A stretch of DNA of 64,000 nucleotides from the sequence record NC_022968.1. The stretch is one strand, 5' to 3'. Positions 44,924-53,378 of this stretch are shown piece after piece. Numbering within the stretch: the stretch's first letter is position 1; every line of letters begins with the position of its first letter. The DNA is from Escherichia phage 4MG. Made by a program: the position numbers and the translations under genes. The notes beneath the pieces were generated by a model, which did no database searches, was not told the origin of the DNA, and saw nothing but the letters and a program-made list of their open reading frames with translations.

Positions 44924-45234
44924 CTGTCTTTTGACATTTTCTCAATAACGAGCCTGTCAGAATCATCCAACAGCATGAGGTGCTCTAAAGGAATGTCAAT
45001 TGTTACTGGCATACCCCTAACGTGACATTCAAACCAGATGTCGTCTGGTGGGTATGGGATACGATCAGGTCCAAACTTTGATCGTTGGATCACAAAGCAT
45101 TCACGACCATTAAGTTGCCCGGTAAGAGGGTTTTTAGGGCTGAATCCGTACAGAAGGCAAATGGTGTCCTCGCGTACACGGTTATCTGGTTCATTGCGGT
45201 CTGGACGACCACCCTTATCTTCGAGTAATTGCAT
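44920..45234 (-). CDS. hypothetical protein (104 aa)
   Basis: Track ORF on minus strand inside the + block. Confidence 0.45.
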   Translation of the reverse strand: MQLLEDKGGRPDRNEPDNRVREDTICLLYGFSPKNPLTGQLNGRECFVIQRSKFGPDRIPYPPDDIWFECHVRGMPVTIDIPLEHLMLLDDSDRLVIEKMSKDR

Positions 45235-45539
45235 TATTTGACTCCAAAGTTGAGTTTGCCATTGAGCTTCTGCACACGATGCGGCAGTATTTCTTCATAC
45301 CACCAATCTTTCTCATGAAGACGGTATGATACGTGGGTCCCATAAGTATCTTCCTGACCGTTCTCACCCTTGATGCGGTAAGTCCTGGTGAAGATGTCAC
45401 GGATTGTTGCTTCAAACTGACCATCGATCAAGACGATCTCATTGTATTTGTACTTATCTTGTTCTAAGATTTCTTGAGACATTATGTTTCTCCTTTGTGT
45501 TGGTAAGGTAAGATTATCAGTGAAATTATTTTTAGTCAA
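45234..45539 (-). CDS. hypothetical protein (101 aa)
   Basis: Track ORF; AAGGAGAAACA SD; coupled to 44920-45234. Confidence 0.45.
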   Translation of the reverse strand: MTKNNFTDNLTLPTQRRNIMSQEILEQDKYKYNEIVLIDGQFEATIRDIFTRTYRIKGENGQEDTYGTHVSYRLHEKDWWYEEILPHRVQKLNGKLNFGVK

Positions 45540-45543
45540 TAGT

Positions 45544-45572
45544 TGACATCATCTTTATTCCTGCCATAATGG
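45544..45572 (+). promoter_or_regulatory. sigma70-like promoter TTGACA-N16-CATAAT
   Basis: Hexamers read directly in divergent gap before 45602 ORF; coordinates +/-2. Confidence 0.45.
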
Positions 45573-45601
45573 TTGAACACAAACCGTTTCAAGGAGAAAC
45601 C

Positions 45602-46750
45602 ATGAAAAGCATTAAACTGAGCATTGCACCAACCTACGTAGCCCATTGGTCATGGTGGGAGGGCGTTCGTGAACTCATTCAGAACGCCATTGACGCTGGT
45701 GACCACGAAGTTGTGTTCATTAAGGACACCATTTCAATTGCATCCTACGGTGGTAAGCTGCCTATCCAATCCCTCCTGATGGGTAAGACCACTAAGGAAG
45801 ATGATGATACCAAGATCGGTAAGTTTGGCGAGGGGATGAAGGTAGGTTTCCTGTGCCTGTTACGTGAAGGTGCAGACATTACCATGTACAACGGTCGAGA
45901 TCTGTGGAAACCAGAGCTTGCGATGGATGATGTGTTCGACGAGAAGGTTCTCTCTGTCAATATCGAGGAGGGGCGTTTCCCTAATCGCTCTGAGGATTGT
46001 GTTACCATCCATATCAAGAATGTTCCTGAACACGCCATACGTGAAATAAAGAACAACTATGCCCCGGAACGTGCTAATCTTGAGGTGGTGTTTGAAGCAG
46101 AGGGCTATGGTAAGGCCTACGCGAAAAAGAACGAGCGTGATTACAAGGATTGCCGTCTATACGTTAATGGCCTGTACGTAACCACCGTTGAGGGTAAGTA
46201 CAAGTTCGATTATGACTTCCCGGCAGACCGATTCACTCTGGATCGTGACCGTAACCAGGCAAGTGAGTTCGAAGTTCGCTGGAATGCAACCCGTCTTCTG
46301 TCACAATCTGACGATGTGCTTATGCTGGCAGACCTGGGTGTTGGTCAGTACGATGACCTTGAGCACTTCGATAGTCAGAACGAGTCAAGCTATTATGTTC
46401 GTGGTTATGAACAGGACACTCTCGAAGAACGGGCGGTATCCATCTTCCGTGAACAAAATGGTTGGAAGGCATTCCCTATCAATGCCAATTGGTCTGATAG
46501 TCGTAAACGATTAGTTACTGAAATGGCGATCAGCCACGGCAAAACTCCGGTGACAGTCAAGAAAGCAGCCTACCAGATGCTGAAACACGAGTTTTCTGTG
46601 CCTGAGGAGATCAACGAAATGGTTGAATTCAAGGCTCTTAGCTACCTTGAGAAATTCCTTGCAAAACACGGTCGAAAACTGTACAGTAAGCCGCGTAAGG
46701 ACCTGGAAAAAACAATCCATATGCTAAAAGTGGCTAAAGGGGAAGCATGA
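45602..46750 (+). CDS. GHKL-type (histidine kinase/MutL/Hsp90-like) ATPase-fold protein
   Basis: About 382 aa; N-box ELIQNAIDAG and G2-box-like GKFGEGMKVGF; the D-x-G-x-G box is not evident. Confidence 0.45.
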   Translation: MKSIKLSIAPTYVAHWSWWEGVRELIQNAIDAGDHEVVFIKDTISIASYGGKLPIQSLLMGKTTKEDDDTKIGKFGEGMKVGFLCLLREGADITMYNGRDLWKPELAMDDVFDEKVLSVNIEEGRFPNRSEDCVTIHIKNVPEHAIREIKNNYAPERANLEVVFEAEGYGKAYAKKNERDYKDCRLYVNGLYVTTVEGKYKFDYDFPADRFTLDRDRNQASEFEVRWNATRLLSQSDDVLMLADLGVGQYDDLEHFDSQNESSYYVRGYEQDTLEERAVSIFREQNGWKAFPINANWSDSRKRLVTEMAISHGKTPVTVKKAAYQMLKHEFSVPEEINEMVEFKALSYLEKFLAKHGRKLYSKPRKDLEKTIHMLKVAKGEA

Positions 46751-46908
46751 CATACTCGATCTACGGCAGAATGTCAAAAGACTCGGCCTCCCGCGAGGGG
46801 GCCTGGTACTGTTTGAAAACTAAGGTTTCTGTTGACAATGTTCAGCAGGTTATGGAATACTACGCTAAGACATGGCGATATGTGGAGAAAAGAAATGAAA
46901 TTGAGTGA
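46747..46908 (+). CDS. hypothetical small protein (53 aa)
   Basis: Not in track; ATGA overlap with upstream stop. Confidence 0.3.
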   Translation: MTYSIYGRMSKDSASREGAWYCLKTKVSVDNVQQVMEYYAKTWRYVEKRNEIE

Positions 46909-47143
46909 AATCAAAAAGGTCCTTGAGCAGTCCCGCTCTAATGGTATTTATTTTCACGATAAGGGTTGGAATCAGGACCCAGGAAGTGTTCGTGGACTGG
47001 CCTACCTCTCTAAGGATGGTCATTTGTTCATGACCTACTTACACCCACTTAAAAATAGGCGTGTGGTACGTCCATTCACGCCGGACATGGAAAACATGCT
47101 CAGACCGTCAGAGGGCCTTGTCATCTGGGAGGGTTCTGTATGA
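46895..47143 (+). CDS. hypothetical protein (82 aa)
   Basis: ATG in frame of track ORF 46832-47143. Confidence 0.4.
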   Translation: MKLSEIKKVLEQSRSNGIYFHDKGWNQDPGSVRGLAYLSKDGHLFMTYLHPLKNRRVVRPFTPDMENMLRPSEGLVIWEGSV

Positions 47144-47334
47144 AAATTTCAAGCAATATGAAGAACTTCCTCATCGGCTTTCCGGTAGTGATTTTCGTTC
47201 TGGTAACTCTCGGCTTCCTGATCTCAACTTTCGGCCCAGGCTCCCTATTAATCCTTGGATTTTTGGCATTTTTCGGGATGATCGGGATTGTTGTTGGGGA
47301 TTTTATTCGTGATAAGTTCGGGGTCTGGAAATGA
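47140..47334 (+). CDS. small membrane protein (64 aa)
   Basis: Track ORF; two hydrophobic helices. Confidence 0.45.
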   Translation: MKISSNMKNFLIGFPVVIFVLVTLGFLISTFGPGSLLILGFLAFFGMIGIVVGDFIRDKFGVWK

Positions 47335-47507
47335 CAGAACAAGAACTACGTGTGCAACAGGCAGGTGACCTGTTGCATTACATTGAGAAAACGCTGCTGT
47401 TTGAGGCGGTTTTTAATTACTGGGAAGACCGTTGTCGGGTTGCAGACAAGATTAAAGAGCTTCACGAAATGGCTGTAGAGCCACGGGAGCCGTATGCAAA
47501 GTCGTGA
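47331..47507 (+). CDS. hypothetical small protein (58 aa)
   Basis: Not in track; ATGA overlap with upstream stop. Confidence 0.3.
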   Translation: MTEQELRVQQAGDLLHYIEKTLLFEAVFNYWEDRCRVADKIKELHEMAVEPREPYAKS

Positions 47508-47742
47508 TTATCGTGAGCTACTGAAAGAGATCCACGGGGATTCTATTGATAACTGGTATCTCCCAGAAGAAGAGTGGGGAAAGGAGAACGCTATGGGCGG
47601 TGAAAATATTCTGGAGTTCATTAACCACGAGGTGTGGAAAGACACCGACACAGGGCAATGGCGATTCAAGGACAAGCTTTTCAAGCGAGAGGGTCAGGCC
47701 CGTAAAGCGGCACGTCTGTACTTTCGCAAGAAATTCTCCTGA
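47494..47742 (+). CDS. hypothetical protein (82 aa)
   Basis: Track ORF. Confidence 0.4.
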   Translation: MQSRDYRELLKEIHGDSIDNWYLPEEEWGKENAMGGENILEFINHEVWKDTDTGQWRFKDKLFKREGQARKAARLYFRKKFS

Positions 47743-47781
47743 TTTTGTGATAAAATAAAGGTTTACAAATAGGAGGAAATA

Positions 47782-48435
47782 ATGTTAGAAGCGATGTTAA
47801 CAGCGGGTAAGAGTGCCCCAGTTGTGGGTAATAAGACTCTTCTTCTGCTACAGGCAGATAAAGGCGGTGTCGATCAGGCAAAAAGTGACAGGGTGTTCTC
47901 TAAAGTGGCGACAGTTAGTACCACAACCACAGCAAAGTTCAACAACAAGCAGTTTGATTGCCTGTCTGCGGCAAGTTATTTTGAAATAATGGCGGCAAAC
48001 AAAACAGACCTTGTTTTTGGGTCAACAGATGACTACACTATCGAATTCTGGTGTAAGAACTCCAGTGTTGCATCCTCGTGGTGGTTGTATTTTGGAACCG
48101 GAACACAAAGTTGCTTGAAGGTATATCAGAGCGTTGTCTACTTACAGGATCAACTGAGGTATCTAAGTTTTAACTCAAACTTCTGGCCTTTATCAACATG
48201 GGCGCATATAGCAATTGTTAACAAGGACGGTATAACAAAGCTTTATATCAACGGGTCAACCGCTGTGACTGGGGCTGGTTTTGCTTCTGGGGGTTGGAGT
48301 CTCCCATCTGTCTATGCGCGAATTGGGTATGGTGAGGCTACAGCGTTTGCATACATGGACCAAATCAGGATCAGTAAGGTTGCCAGGTATAGCGGTAACT
48401 TCTCTGTTCCAACAGCACCCTTTATTCTTGATTAA
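47782..48435 (+). CDS. LamG/concanavalin-like beta-sandwich protein (paralogue of 42799-43449)
   Basis: 217 aa; beta-rich; AGGAGGAAATA SD. Confidence 0.35.
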   Translation: MLEAMLTAGKSAPVVGNKTLLLLQADKGGVDQAKSDRVFSKVATVSTTTTAKFNNKQFDCLSAASYFEIMAANKTDLVFGSTDDYTIEFWCKNSSVASSWWLYFGTGTQSCLKVYQSVVYLQDQLRYLSFNSNFWPLSTWAHIAIVNKDGITKLYINGSTAVTGAGFASGGWSLPSVYARIGYGEATAFAYMDQIRISKVARYSGNFSVPTAPFILD

Positions 48436-48456
48436 GGCCCTTAGGGGCCTTTTTTG
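48435..48456 (+). terminator. intrinsic terminator (AGGCCC-TTAG-GGGCCT + TTTTT)
   Basis: Hairpin and T-run immediately after stop at 48435. Confidence 0.6.
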
Positions 48457-48459
48457 TTG

Positions 48460-48488
48460 TTGACATCCAGAAAAATAGCTGGTACGCT
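48460..48488 (+). promoter_or_regulatory. sigma70-like promoter TTGACA-N17-TACGCT
   Basis: Hexamers read directly after terminator; coordinates +/-2. Confidence 0.4.
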
Positions 48489-48515
48489 CTTGGTAGATAA
48501 CTAACAGGAGAAACT

Positions 48516-48632
48516 ATGGACACTATTTTAACAATCATCTTCCTTCTTGTGATGGTAGGTGTTGGTTTACGAGGACTGCCCTTCTGGGCCTGGGTTGTTT
48601 TGGCACACGAATCTAAAAGGAGGGATCGATGA
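48516..48632 (+). CDS. tiny membrane peptide (38 aa)
   Basis: Not in track; AGGAG SD; hydrophobic ILTIIFLLVMVGVGL. Confidence 0.3.
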   Translation: MDTILTIIFLLVMVGVGLRGLPFWAWVVLAHESKRRDR

Positions 48633-48823
48633 AGCGAAGATACCGAGTTGTTACAGCAATTTCAGAGGGCGGCACTGAAATGTTTGTGCTACAGACCCGG
48701 AATATCTTCTGGCCCTTCTGGGCTGATGTGAGTCGGCATATGTACGAGGAATATGCTACAAGGGCCTTAGAGACAGAGAAGAAAAAAGATGCCTACAAGG
48801 GACGTGTCGTTCGCTTAGGCTGA
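48629..48823 (+). CDS. hypothetical protein (64 aa)
   Basis: Track ORF; coupled start. Confidence 0.4.
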   Translation: MKRRYRVVTAISEGGTEMFVLQTRNIFWPFWADVSRHMYEEYATRALETEKKKDAYKGRVVRLG

Positions 48824-48871
48824 TATTTGCTGCCGTCAGGCAGCGCCGCAAAAATCCAATAGGAGATTTTC

Positions 48872-49039
48872 GTGAAAAGAGGTGTAACTTTTGAGAAAGC
48901 GGTAGCCCTCGTTGAGGACACGCTTTCCAAAACAGGGGCCGGAAAATACATTAACGAGTACGTGGTGAAAATTATGGAGATCACGTATGATATGGGCTTC
49001 AAAGCCGGGGCAAAGACCTTAGAGAAGGAGAGGAAATGA
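48872..49039 (+). CDS. hypothetical small protein (55 aa)
   Basis: Not in track; GTG after AGGAG SD; ATGA overlap with next gene. Confidence 0.3.
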   Translation: MKRGVTFEKAVALVEDTLSKTGAGKYINEYVVKIMEITYDMGFKAGAKTLEKERK

Positions 49040-49281
49040 ACATTTTTATTGACGAGCGTCGTGGAACGCCGATCACCCAGGAAGAGCGCGAGTGGATCGA
49101 GAAAGAGATCCGTGAACTCGAAGCGTACCGTGTAGATGAGGATGCGCTAGCCGCTGAAGCGCAGTCTATGAGGGAGGAAGGCATGTCTGCTTTTGATCGT
49201 GACGTGATCATTATGTGTATTGATGCTGATATCTACGGAATGAAACGAACCCTCGAACAGGGTCGTGTTATTTTGTGGTAA
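49036..49281 (+). CDS. hypothetical acidic protein (81 aa)
   Basis: Track ORF. Confidence 0.45.
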   Translation: MNIFIDERRGTPITQEEREWIEKEIRELEAYRVDEDALAAEAQSMREEGMSAFDRDVIIMCIDADIYGMKRTLEQGRVILW

Positions 49282-49286
49282 TTCGC

Positions 49287-49315
49287 TTGACAGCCAGTTA
49301 ATGCTGGCTTAAAAT
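49287..49315 (+). promoter_or_regulatory. sigma70-like promoter TTGACA-N17-TAAAAT
   Basis: Hexamers read directly upstream of membrane-peptide cluster; coordinates +/-2. Confidence 0.5.
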
Positions 49316-49354
49316 CACTGCATACAAAACAAATCCATAAAGGAGAAATAAAAC

Positions 49355-49522
49355 ATGCTGTCATTAACCACTATCGCTTTTACCCTGAACCTTATCGCGG
49401 CGGTACTAAATACCTACATCGGTTTCCAGGGAAAGTCTACGTTCAATCTCGGCCTTGCGATGTTTAACTGGCTCCTGACAGGGGCATTTCTGGCTGCGTT
49501 GGCACACGAGACAGGGTTATAA
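49355..49522 (+). CDS. tiny membrane peptide (55 aa)
   Basis: Not in track; AAGGAGAAATA SD; hydrophobic; coordinates +/-1. Confidence 0.35.
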   Translation: MLSLTTIAFTLNLIAAVLNTYIGFQGKSTFNLGLAMFNWLLTGAFLAALAHETGL

Positions 49523-49662
49523 TGAAAGCTCATCGCTGGAACGTACCAAAAACGAAAAAGATGACAGACATTCAGTACCTGTTCGGCGTTGCCGGGGTGC
49601 TTATGTGTGTGGTAGCATTCATTGGTTTTTGGTTGCTCATCCTTGCGGCGCTGCTGTCATGA
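49522..49662 (+). CDS. tiny membrane peptide (46 aa)
   Basis: Not in track; coupled start; hydrophobic C-terminal half; coordinates +/-1. Confidence 0.3.
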   Translation: MKAHRWNVPKTKKMTDIQYLFGVAGVLMCVVAFIGFWLLILAALLS

Positions 49663-49760
49663 AGCCGATGAGCGAGTACCTGCTGTGCTTCCTGTACTTC
49701 GTTATGGTCTTTGCCATTGGAAGCGTTGTCTGGGGCATGTTTATTTTCCTTACCAACTGA
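49659..49760 (+). CDS. tiny hydrophobic peptide (about 33 aa)
   Basis: Not in track; coupled start; my reading of this stretch was ambiguous by one nucleotide. Confidence 0.2.
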   Translation: MKPMSEYLLCFLYFVMVFAIGSVVWGMFIFLTN

Positions 49761-49769
49761 GGATAAAAG

Positions 49770-49952
49770 ATGACACATGAAGATTATGTAAAAGATATGG
49801 ATGACAAATCCCTGCGACAGCATGTTGAGCATGGAAGACAATTCCTCATTGACCACCCTGAGCCGGAGGCCCTGAAAGGTCGTAGTCAGGTCCGTAAGTG
49901 GGTTGAGTGTGCAGAGCGTGAACTGAAACGGCGATTCCCTGATGAATCGTAG
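49770..49952 (+). CDS. hypothetical protein (60 aa)
   Basis: Track ORF. Confidence 0.4.
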   Translation: MTHEDYVKDMDDKSLRQHVEHGRQFLIDHPEPEALKGRSQVRKWVECAERELKRRFPDES

Positions 49953-50250
49953 CATCACCTATGCCGATATCAGCGCGTTGACCAGAGACCTTCTTCAAAG
50001 AACCTATCCTAAAGGGAAGGCTCTTTGCATTCGTGCTGACTCTGACTTCTTCCGTGTTGGGGAGTCTTACGATATCGTCCGTATCGATCACTGGGAAGAT
50101 ACAGTCCACATAGCCACCGGGAATTATTTTGACGATGTTCTGGTCTGCGGAAGAACAATGTACGAAGGCATTGTTGCGGCTAAGGTCGAGAACGAAGAAA
50201 ATGTTTACGTGTTTGATATTTGTGAGAGGAGACAAAAACGTGAAAGTTAA
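49942..50250 (+). CDS. hypothetical protein (102 aa)
   Basis: Track ORF. Confidence 0.45.
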   Translation: MNRSITYADISALTRDLLQRTYPKGKALCIRADSDFFRVGESYDIVRIDHWEDTVHIATGNYFDDVLVCGRTMYEGIVAAKVENEENVYVFDICERRQKRES

Positions 50251-50470
50251 TGTAACACAGAAGAACAAAGCCAGAGCGATCATTGGTGAACTGGAGGCTG
50301 GCGACGGATTCCTTTTTGACGGGTATCCATATATGGTTTGTGAGAACGGCTTGCTGGTGAACTATAAAGGCTACGTGCCTGCGGTTTGCCTTCGTAATGC
50401 AAGAATTGTGACCATCCGATTTGAAACGGAGGTCCAGTTAACGCAGATCGATGTGGAGTACACCGTATGA
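50238..50470 (+). CDS. hypothetical protein (77 aa)
   Basis: GTG start in frame of track ORF 50129-50470. Confidence 0.35.
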
Positions 50471-50859
50471 GTGAAATGCGAATAACCGATGACCCTATCA
50501 AGGCCATTGAGGGGACAGTTGGTGATATTACCATCACAGGGACTGGGGTTTACTACCCAGCACACAGAACGATCAGCATCAGCCAACCGAATGCAAATCG
50601 GCCAGACGACGAAGATTTTGTCCTGATGTGCGACGTTTCAGATTTGCCTAAACTGATCGCTGCCCTGAAAGAAATCCAGAAAGCATATGAGGGGCCGATC
50701 TCCTATAGTGGAGAACGATCTGCACACTACGCTAGTGGCTGGGATGATTGCATGAGACATCACAGAGGCCCACAACTACCAGACGGTTACCGTGGACCCT
50801 TGGGTGTTGTAAATAGCGAATATGATGAAGGCTGGAATGATGCCTGGGATTTCTTATAG
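50467..50859 (+). CDS. hypothetical protein (130 aa)
   Basis: Track ORF; coupled start. Confidence 0.45.
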   Translation: MSEMRITDDPIKAIEGTVGDITITGTGVYYPAHRTISISQPNANRPDDEDFVLMCDVSDLPKLIAALKEIQKAYEGPISYSGERSAHYASGWDDCMRHHRGPQLPDGYRGPLGVVNSEYDEGWNDAWDFL

Positions 50860-50867
50860 GAGATGCC

Positions 50868-51287
50868 ATGATTGATTATGATATGCTGAATGAGTATTTC
50901 CTCCATGAACGCCATGAGCGGTTGATGGTTGTTTACAAAGAGGGCAGTGTTTCACAGGCAGAGCTATATCGCAGACAAAAGTACCTGAAGGCTTACTACT
51001 TCGTCAGTGATAAGCGAGAACTGCGGATGATGATCTGCGGAATCCGGTTCAGTGGTGTCATCATTGAGCCTGGTGCAGACCTGACCTACGAGAATTTCCG
51101 TTACTCGATGAGCCGTATGCGGTCAGAAGATGATGACCTGTTATTTGTGATGGACGATAAACATAAGGAACGTCTGGACGATATCATGGAAGAGTTCTGG
51201 GAAAGTTCCAGCAACAAAGAACTCATGGATAAATTCAAGGAGCGGATCAAGTTTGTAAAAATGGAGGATACGAAATGTCAGCATTAA
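50868..51287 (+). CDS. hypothetical protein (139 aa)
   Basis: Track ORF. Confidence 0.45.
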   Translation: MIDYDMLNEYFLHERHERLMVVYKEGSVSQAELYRRQKYLKAYYFVSDKRELRMMICGIRFSGVIIEPGADLTYENFRYSMSRMRSEDDDLLFVMDDKHKERLDDIMEEFWESSSNKELMDKFKERIKFVKMEDTKCQH

Positions 51288-51466
51288 TGGTTGTGCTCTG
51301 GGTATTGTGGTTTGTGATCGCCGTGCGACTGAACTTCGAATTCGTTGGAATGCGGAGCATGGTTCAGTTCTTCCCGGAAGGCTGGCGTTGGTGGATGTTG
51401 CCAGTACAACTGTTGACACTCTTCAACTTCGCCATGTGTGTACTCTTCAATCCGTTTTCGGGGTGA
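51275..51466 (+). CDS. small membrane protein (63 aa)
   Basis: Track ORF; hydrophobic helices. Confidence 0.45.
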   Translation: MSALMVVLWVLWFVIAVRLNFEFVGMRSMVQFFPEGWRWWMLPVQLLTLFNFAMCVLFNPFSG

Positions 51467-51470
51467 TACC

Positions 51471-51899
51471 ATGATAAAACATTGCCACAATTGCAGTGCC
51501 TGTTGTGAAGTTATCGCTATAGACAACATCACACACGAAGACTTCCACGAAAAGATCAGGACCGGAAGAATATCCGCTATCCACGGGGAGATGATGAAAC
51601 CAATCTCCAGGGATGAGGCCTACAAACGGAATCCTCTTGTTGTTACAGGTCGTGAGGAAGTTGGTAAAGGAACAAAACACTTCACCAGCTACTTTACCTG
51701 CACAAAGCTGAAAGACAACAAGTGCTCAATGTACGAGGATCGCCCGTACATGTGCAGCGGGTATCCGTTCTATGACCGGGAGCCTGTTGACACACAATCC
51801 CACGCTTCTCTGTGCAAGACACAGCTACGCAGGAAGGACACCCCGTACTCACCAACATGTACGTATGTCCCAACACTAATCGCGGTCAGAAATATCTAA
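51471..51899 (+). CDS. Cys-rich protein, putative metal-binding (CxxCxxCC)
   Basis: ATG in frame of track ORF; CHNCSACCEV plus later Cys pairs. Confidence 0.4.
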   Translation: MIKHCHNCSACCEVIAIDNITHEDFHEKIRTGRISAIHGEMMKPISRDEAYKRNPLVVTGREEVGKGTKHFTSYFTCTKLKDNKCSMYEDRPYMCSGYPFYDREPVDTQSHASLCKTQLRRKDTPYSPTCTYVPTLIAVRNI

Positions 51900-51923
51900 C
51901 CCACACAATAATGGAGCTTAAAG

Positions 51924-52481
51924 GTGACTAAGAAAAGAACAGAACTCAAGTTGTATAGACTAGTTTTCATGCTGGACCATATCAAAGAGTGCGATGTTGA
52001 TGAGACTGGGTATTTGATATATCCAACAACAGACAATAAGTTGTACGACATATACATACTTGCTGAAAATAAAGAAAGTGTCATATTCAGGGCGGGAAGC
52101 TCCATAGCGGATCGCCAATCCTATTTTGGGATTGGTAATTTTTGGGGTGATGTAGAGGTCCTGAAAGTGGAAGAGATCCCCAGTGAAGACTATAAGGAAT
52201 ATATCATCACCGACACCCCTTTTGAAGGGGGTGGATTAAAGGTCTGGTGTTCAGGACCTGGTTATGAAAAGAGTAAATGGGAAGAGCTATGCGATGTCAA
52301 AGAAGGTACTAATATGCTCCGTGTATCAGACCTCAATGCTCACGCCGGGTGTGGTGCAGTACCTGCCAAAACGATAGAGGCTGCGCTTGAGAGATACAGG
52401 CTAGAAAGGGCAGAGCAAGAGCGCAGACACAAGGAGCGGGAGGAACGGAAGCTCAAGAGGCAGGCAAAGAAAGTAAAGTAA
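51924..52481 (+). CDS. hypothetical protein with basic coiled-coil C-terminus (185 aa)
   Basis: Track ORF. Confidence 0.45.
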   Translation: MTKKRTELKLYRLVFMLDHIKECDVDETGYLIYPTTDNKLYDIYILAENKESVIFRAGSSIADRQSYFGIGNFWGDVEVLKVEEIPSEDYKEYIITDTPFEGGGLKVWCSGPGYEKSKWEELCDVKEGTNMLRVSDLNAHAGCGAVPAKTIEAALERYRLERAEQERRHKEREERKLKRQAKKVK

Positions 52482-52491
52482 CACACAACAA

Positions 52492-52519
52492 GGGAGCCTG
52501 AAGAGGCTCCTTTTCTTTT
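52492..52519 (+). terminator. intrinsic terminator (GGAGCC-loop-GGCTCC + TTTTCTTTT)
   Basis: Hairpin and T-run right after stop at 52481. Confidence 0.55.
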
Positions 52520-52603
52520 ATCTAAAGTGGCACATCAATTTCCCTTGACCTGAAGTGTCCCGTCGATTATACTCCATCTATCAATTACACGAGGAGAAAT
52601 TTT

Positions 52604-52717
52604 ATGACTGGACTTGAATTTTTAGTGCTAAGTGCGTGGGTGTGCTTCATGCTGTTCGGAAGCATTGGCCTGCTTCTGTGGGTATCTGTTGGTCCAGTGG
52701 CTAAGAAGGACGAATGA
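52604..52717 (+). CDS. tiny membrane peptide (37 aa)
   Basis: Not in track; GAGGAGAAATTTT SD; hydrophobic. Confidence 0.3.
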   Translation: MTGLEFLVLSAWVCFMLFGSIGLLLWVSVGPVAKKDE

Positions 52718-52893
52718 TGGAACTGATTATCTTGTGGGGACTGCTGATCCTCTGTGTTGTCCTGATAGTGCTTGCTATCTGCGCCATCTTCAGCGATGAC
52801 GATGACGACACGCCTTCCTCCGGCTCAGGCACTGTTGATACCGCTATGCTGATCACCACACAACAGGCTATGGTTGTCACCATGATTTTATAA
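52714..52893 (+). CDS. small membrane protein with acidic tail (59 aa)
   Basis: Not in track; coupled start; hydrophobic N-terminus then DDDDD. Confidence 0.3.
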   Translation: MMELIILWGLLILCVVLIVLAICAIFSDDDDDTPSSGSGTVDTAMLITTQQAMVVTMIL

Positions 52894-52905
52894 GGAGAAC
52901 ACAAC

Positions 52906-53133
52906 ATGTTTATATTCAGCAAAGAAGTGGTCAACACCCTTCTGAAAGAGGCCCACCAGGAATTAACAAGGGTTGAGGATGCCCTGCTTGCACTTCACGA
53001 CAGGGGGTACGGAATGTGCTCTGAAGAGTTCGTTTCCCTGATGGAGTATCGCAGACTGACAAAGAATTCCATTGAAGATCTGGAGAAGAAGTTCAAAAGA
53101 CTTGGGCTGATTGAGGAGATCCTGAAGAAATGA
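52906..53133 (+). CDS. hypothetical protein (75 aa)
   Basis: Track ORF; AAGGAGAACACAAC SD. Confidence 0.45.
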   Translation: MFIFSKEVVNTLLKEAHQELTRVEDALLALHDRGYGMCSEEFVSLMEYRRLTKNSIEDLEKKFKRLGLIEEILKK

Positions 53134-53369
53134 AAGAGCACGAGTTCAAAATACGTTTCGACAAAGCCACAGGTGAGTGGCGTGTATGGGTGAAGGTTCC
53201 GTTCCTGTTCTTCTGGACCTGCTGGCAGGTTGTTTTCAAAACCCAGAATGGCATATACGGAAATCCGTTCTTTGATAGCGAAAGAGACTGCGAGAAAGGC
53301 ATCGAGAAGTGGAAGCTGGAAAACGCACCGGACTATGAGCGTTACAACACAACCCACCGCAAACTCTAA
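53130..53369 (+). CDS. hypothetical protein (79 aa)
   Basis: Track ORF; coupled start. Confidence 0.45.
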   Translation: MKEHEFKIRFDKATGEWRVWVKVPFLFFWTCWQVVFKTQNGIYGNPFFDSERDCEKGIEKWKLENAPDYERYNTTHRKL

Positions 53370-53378
53370 GGAGAACAC

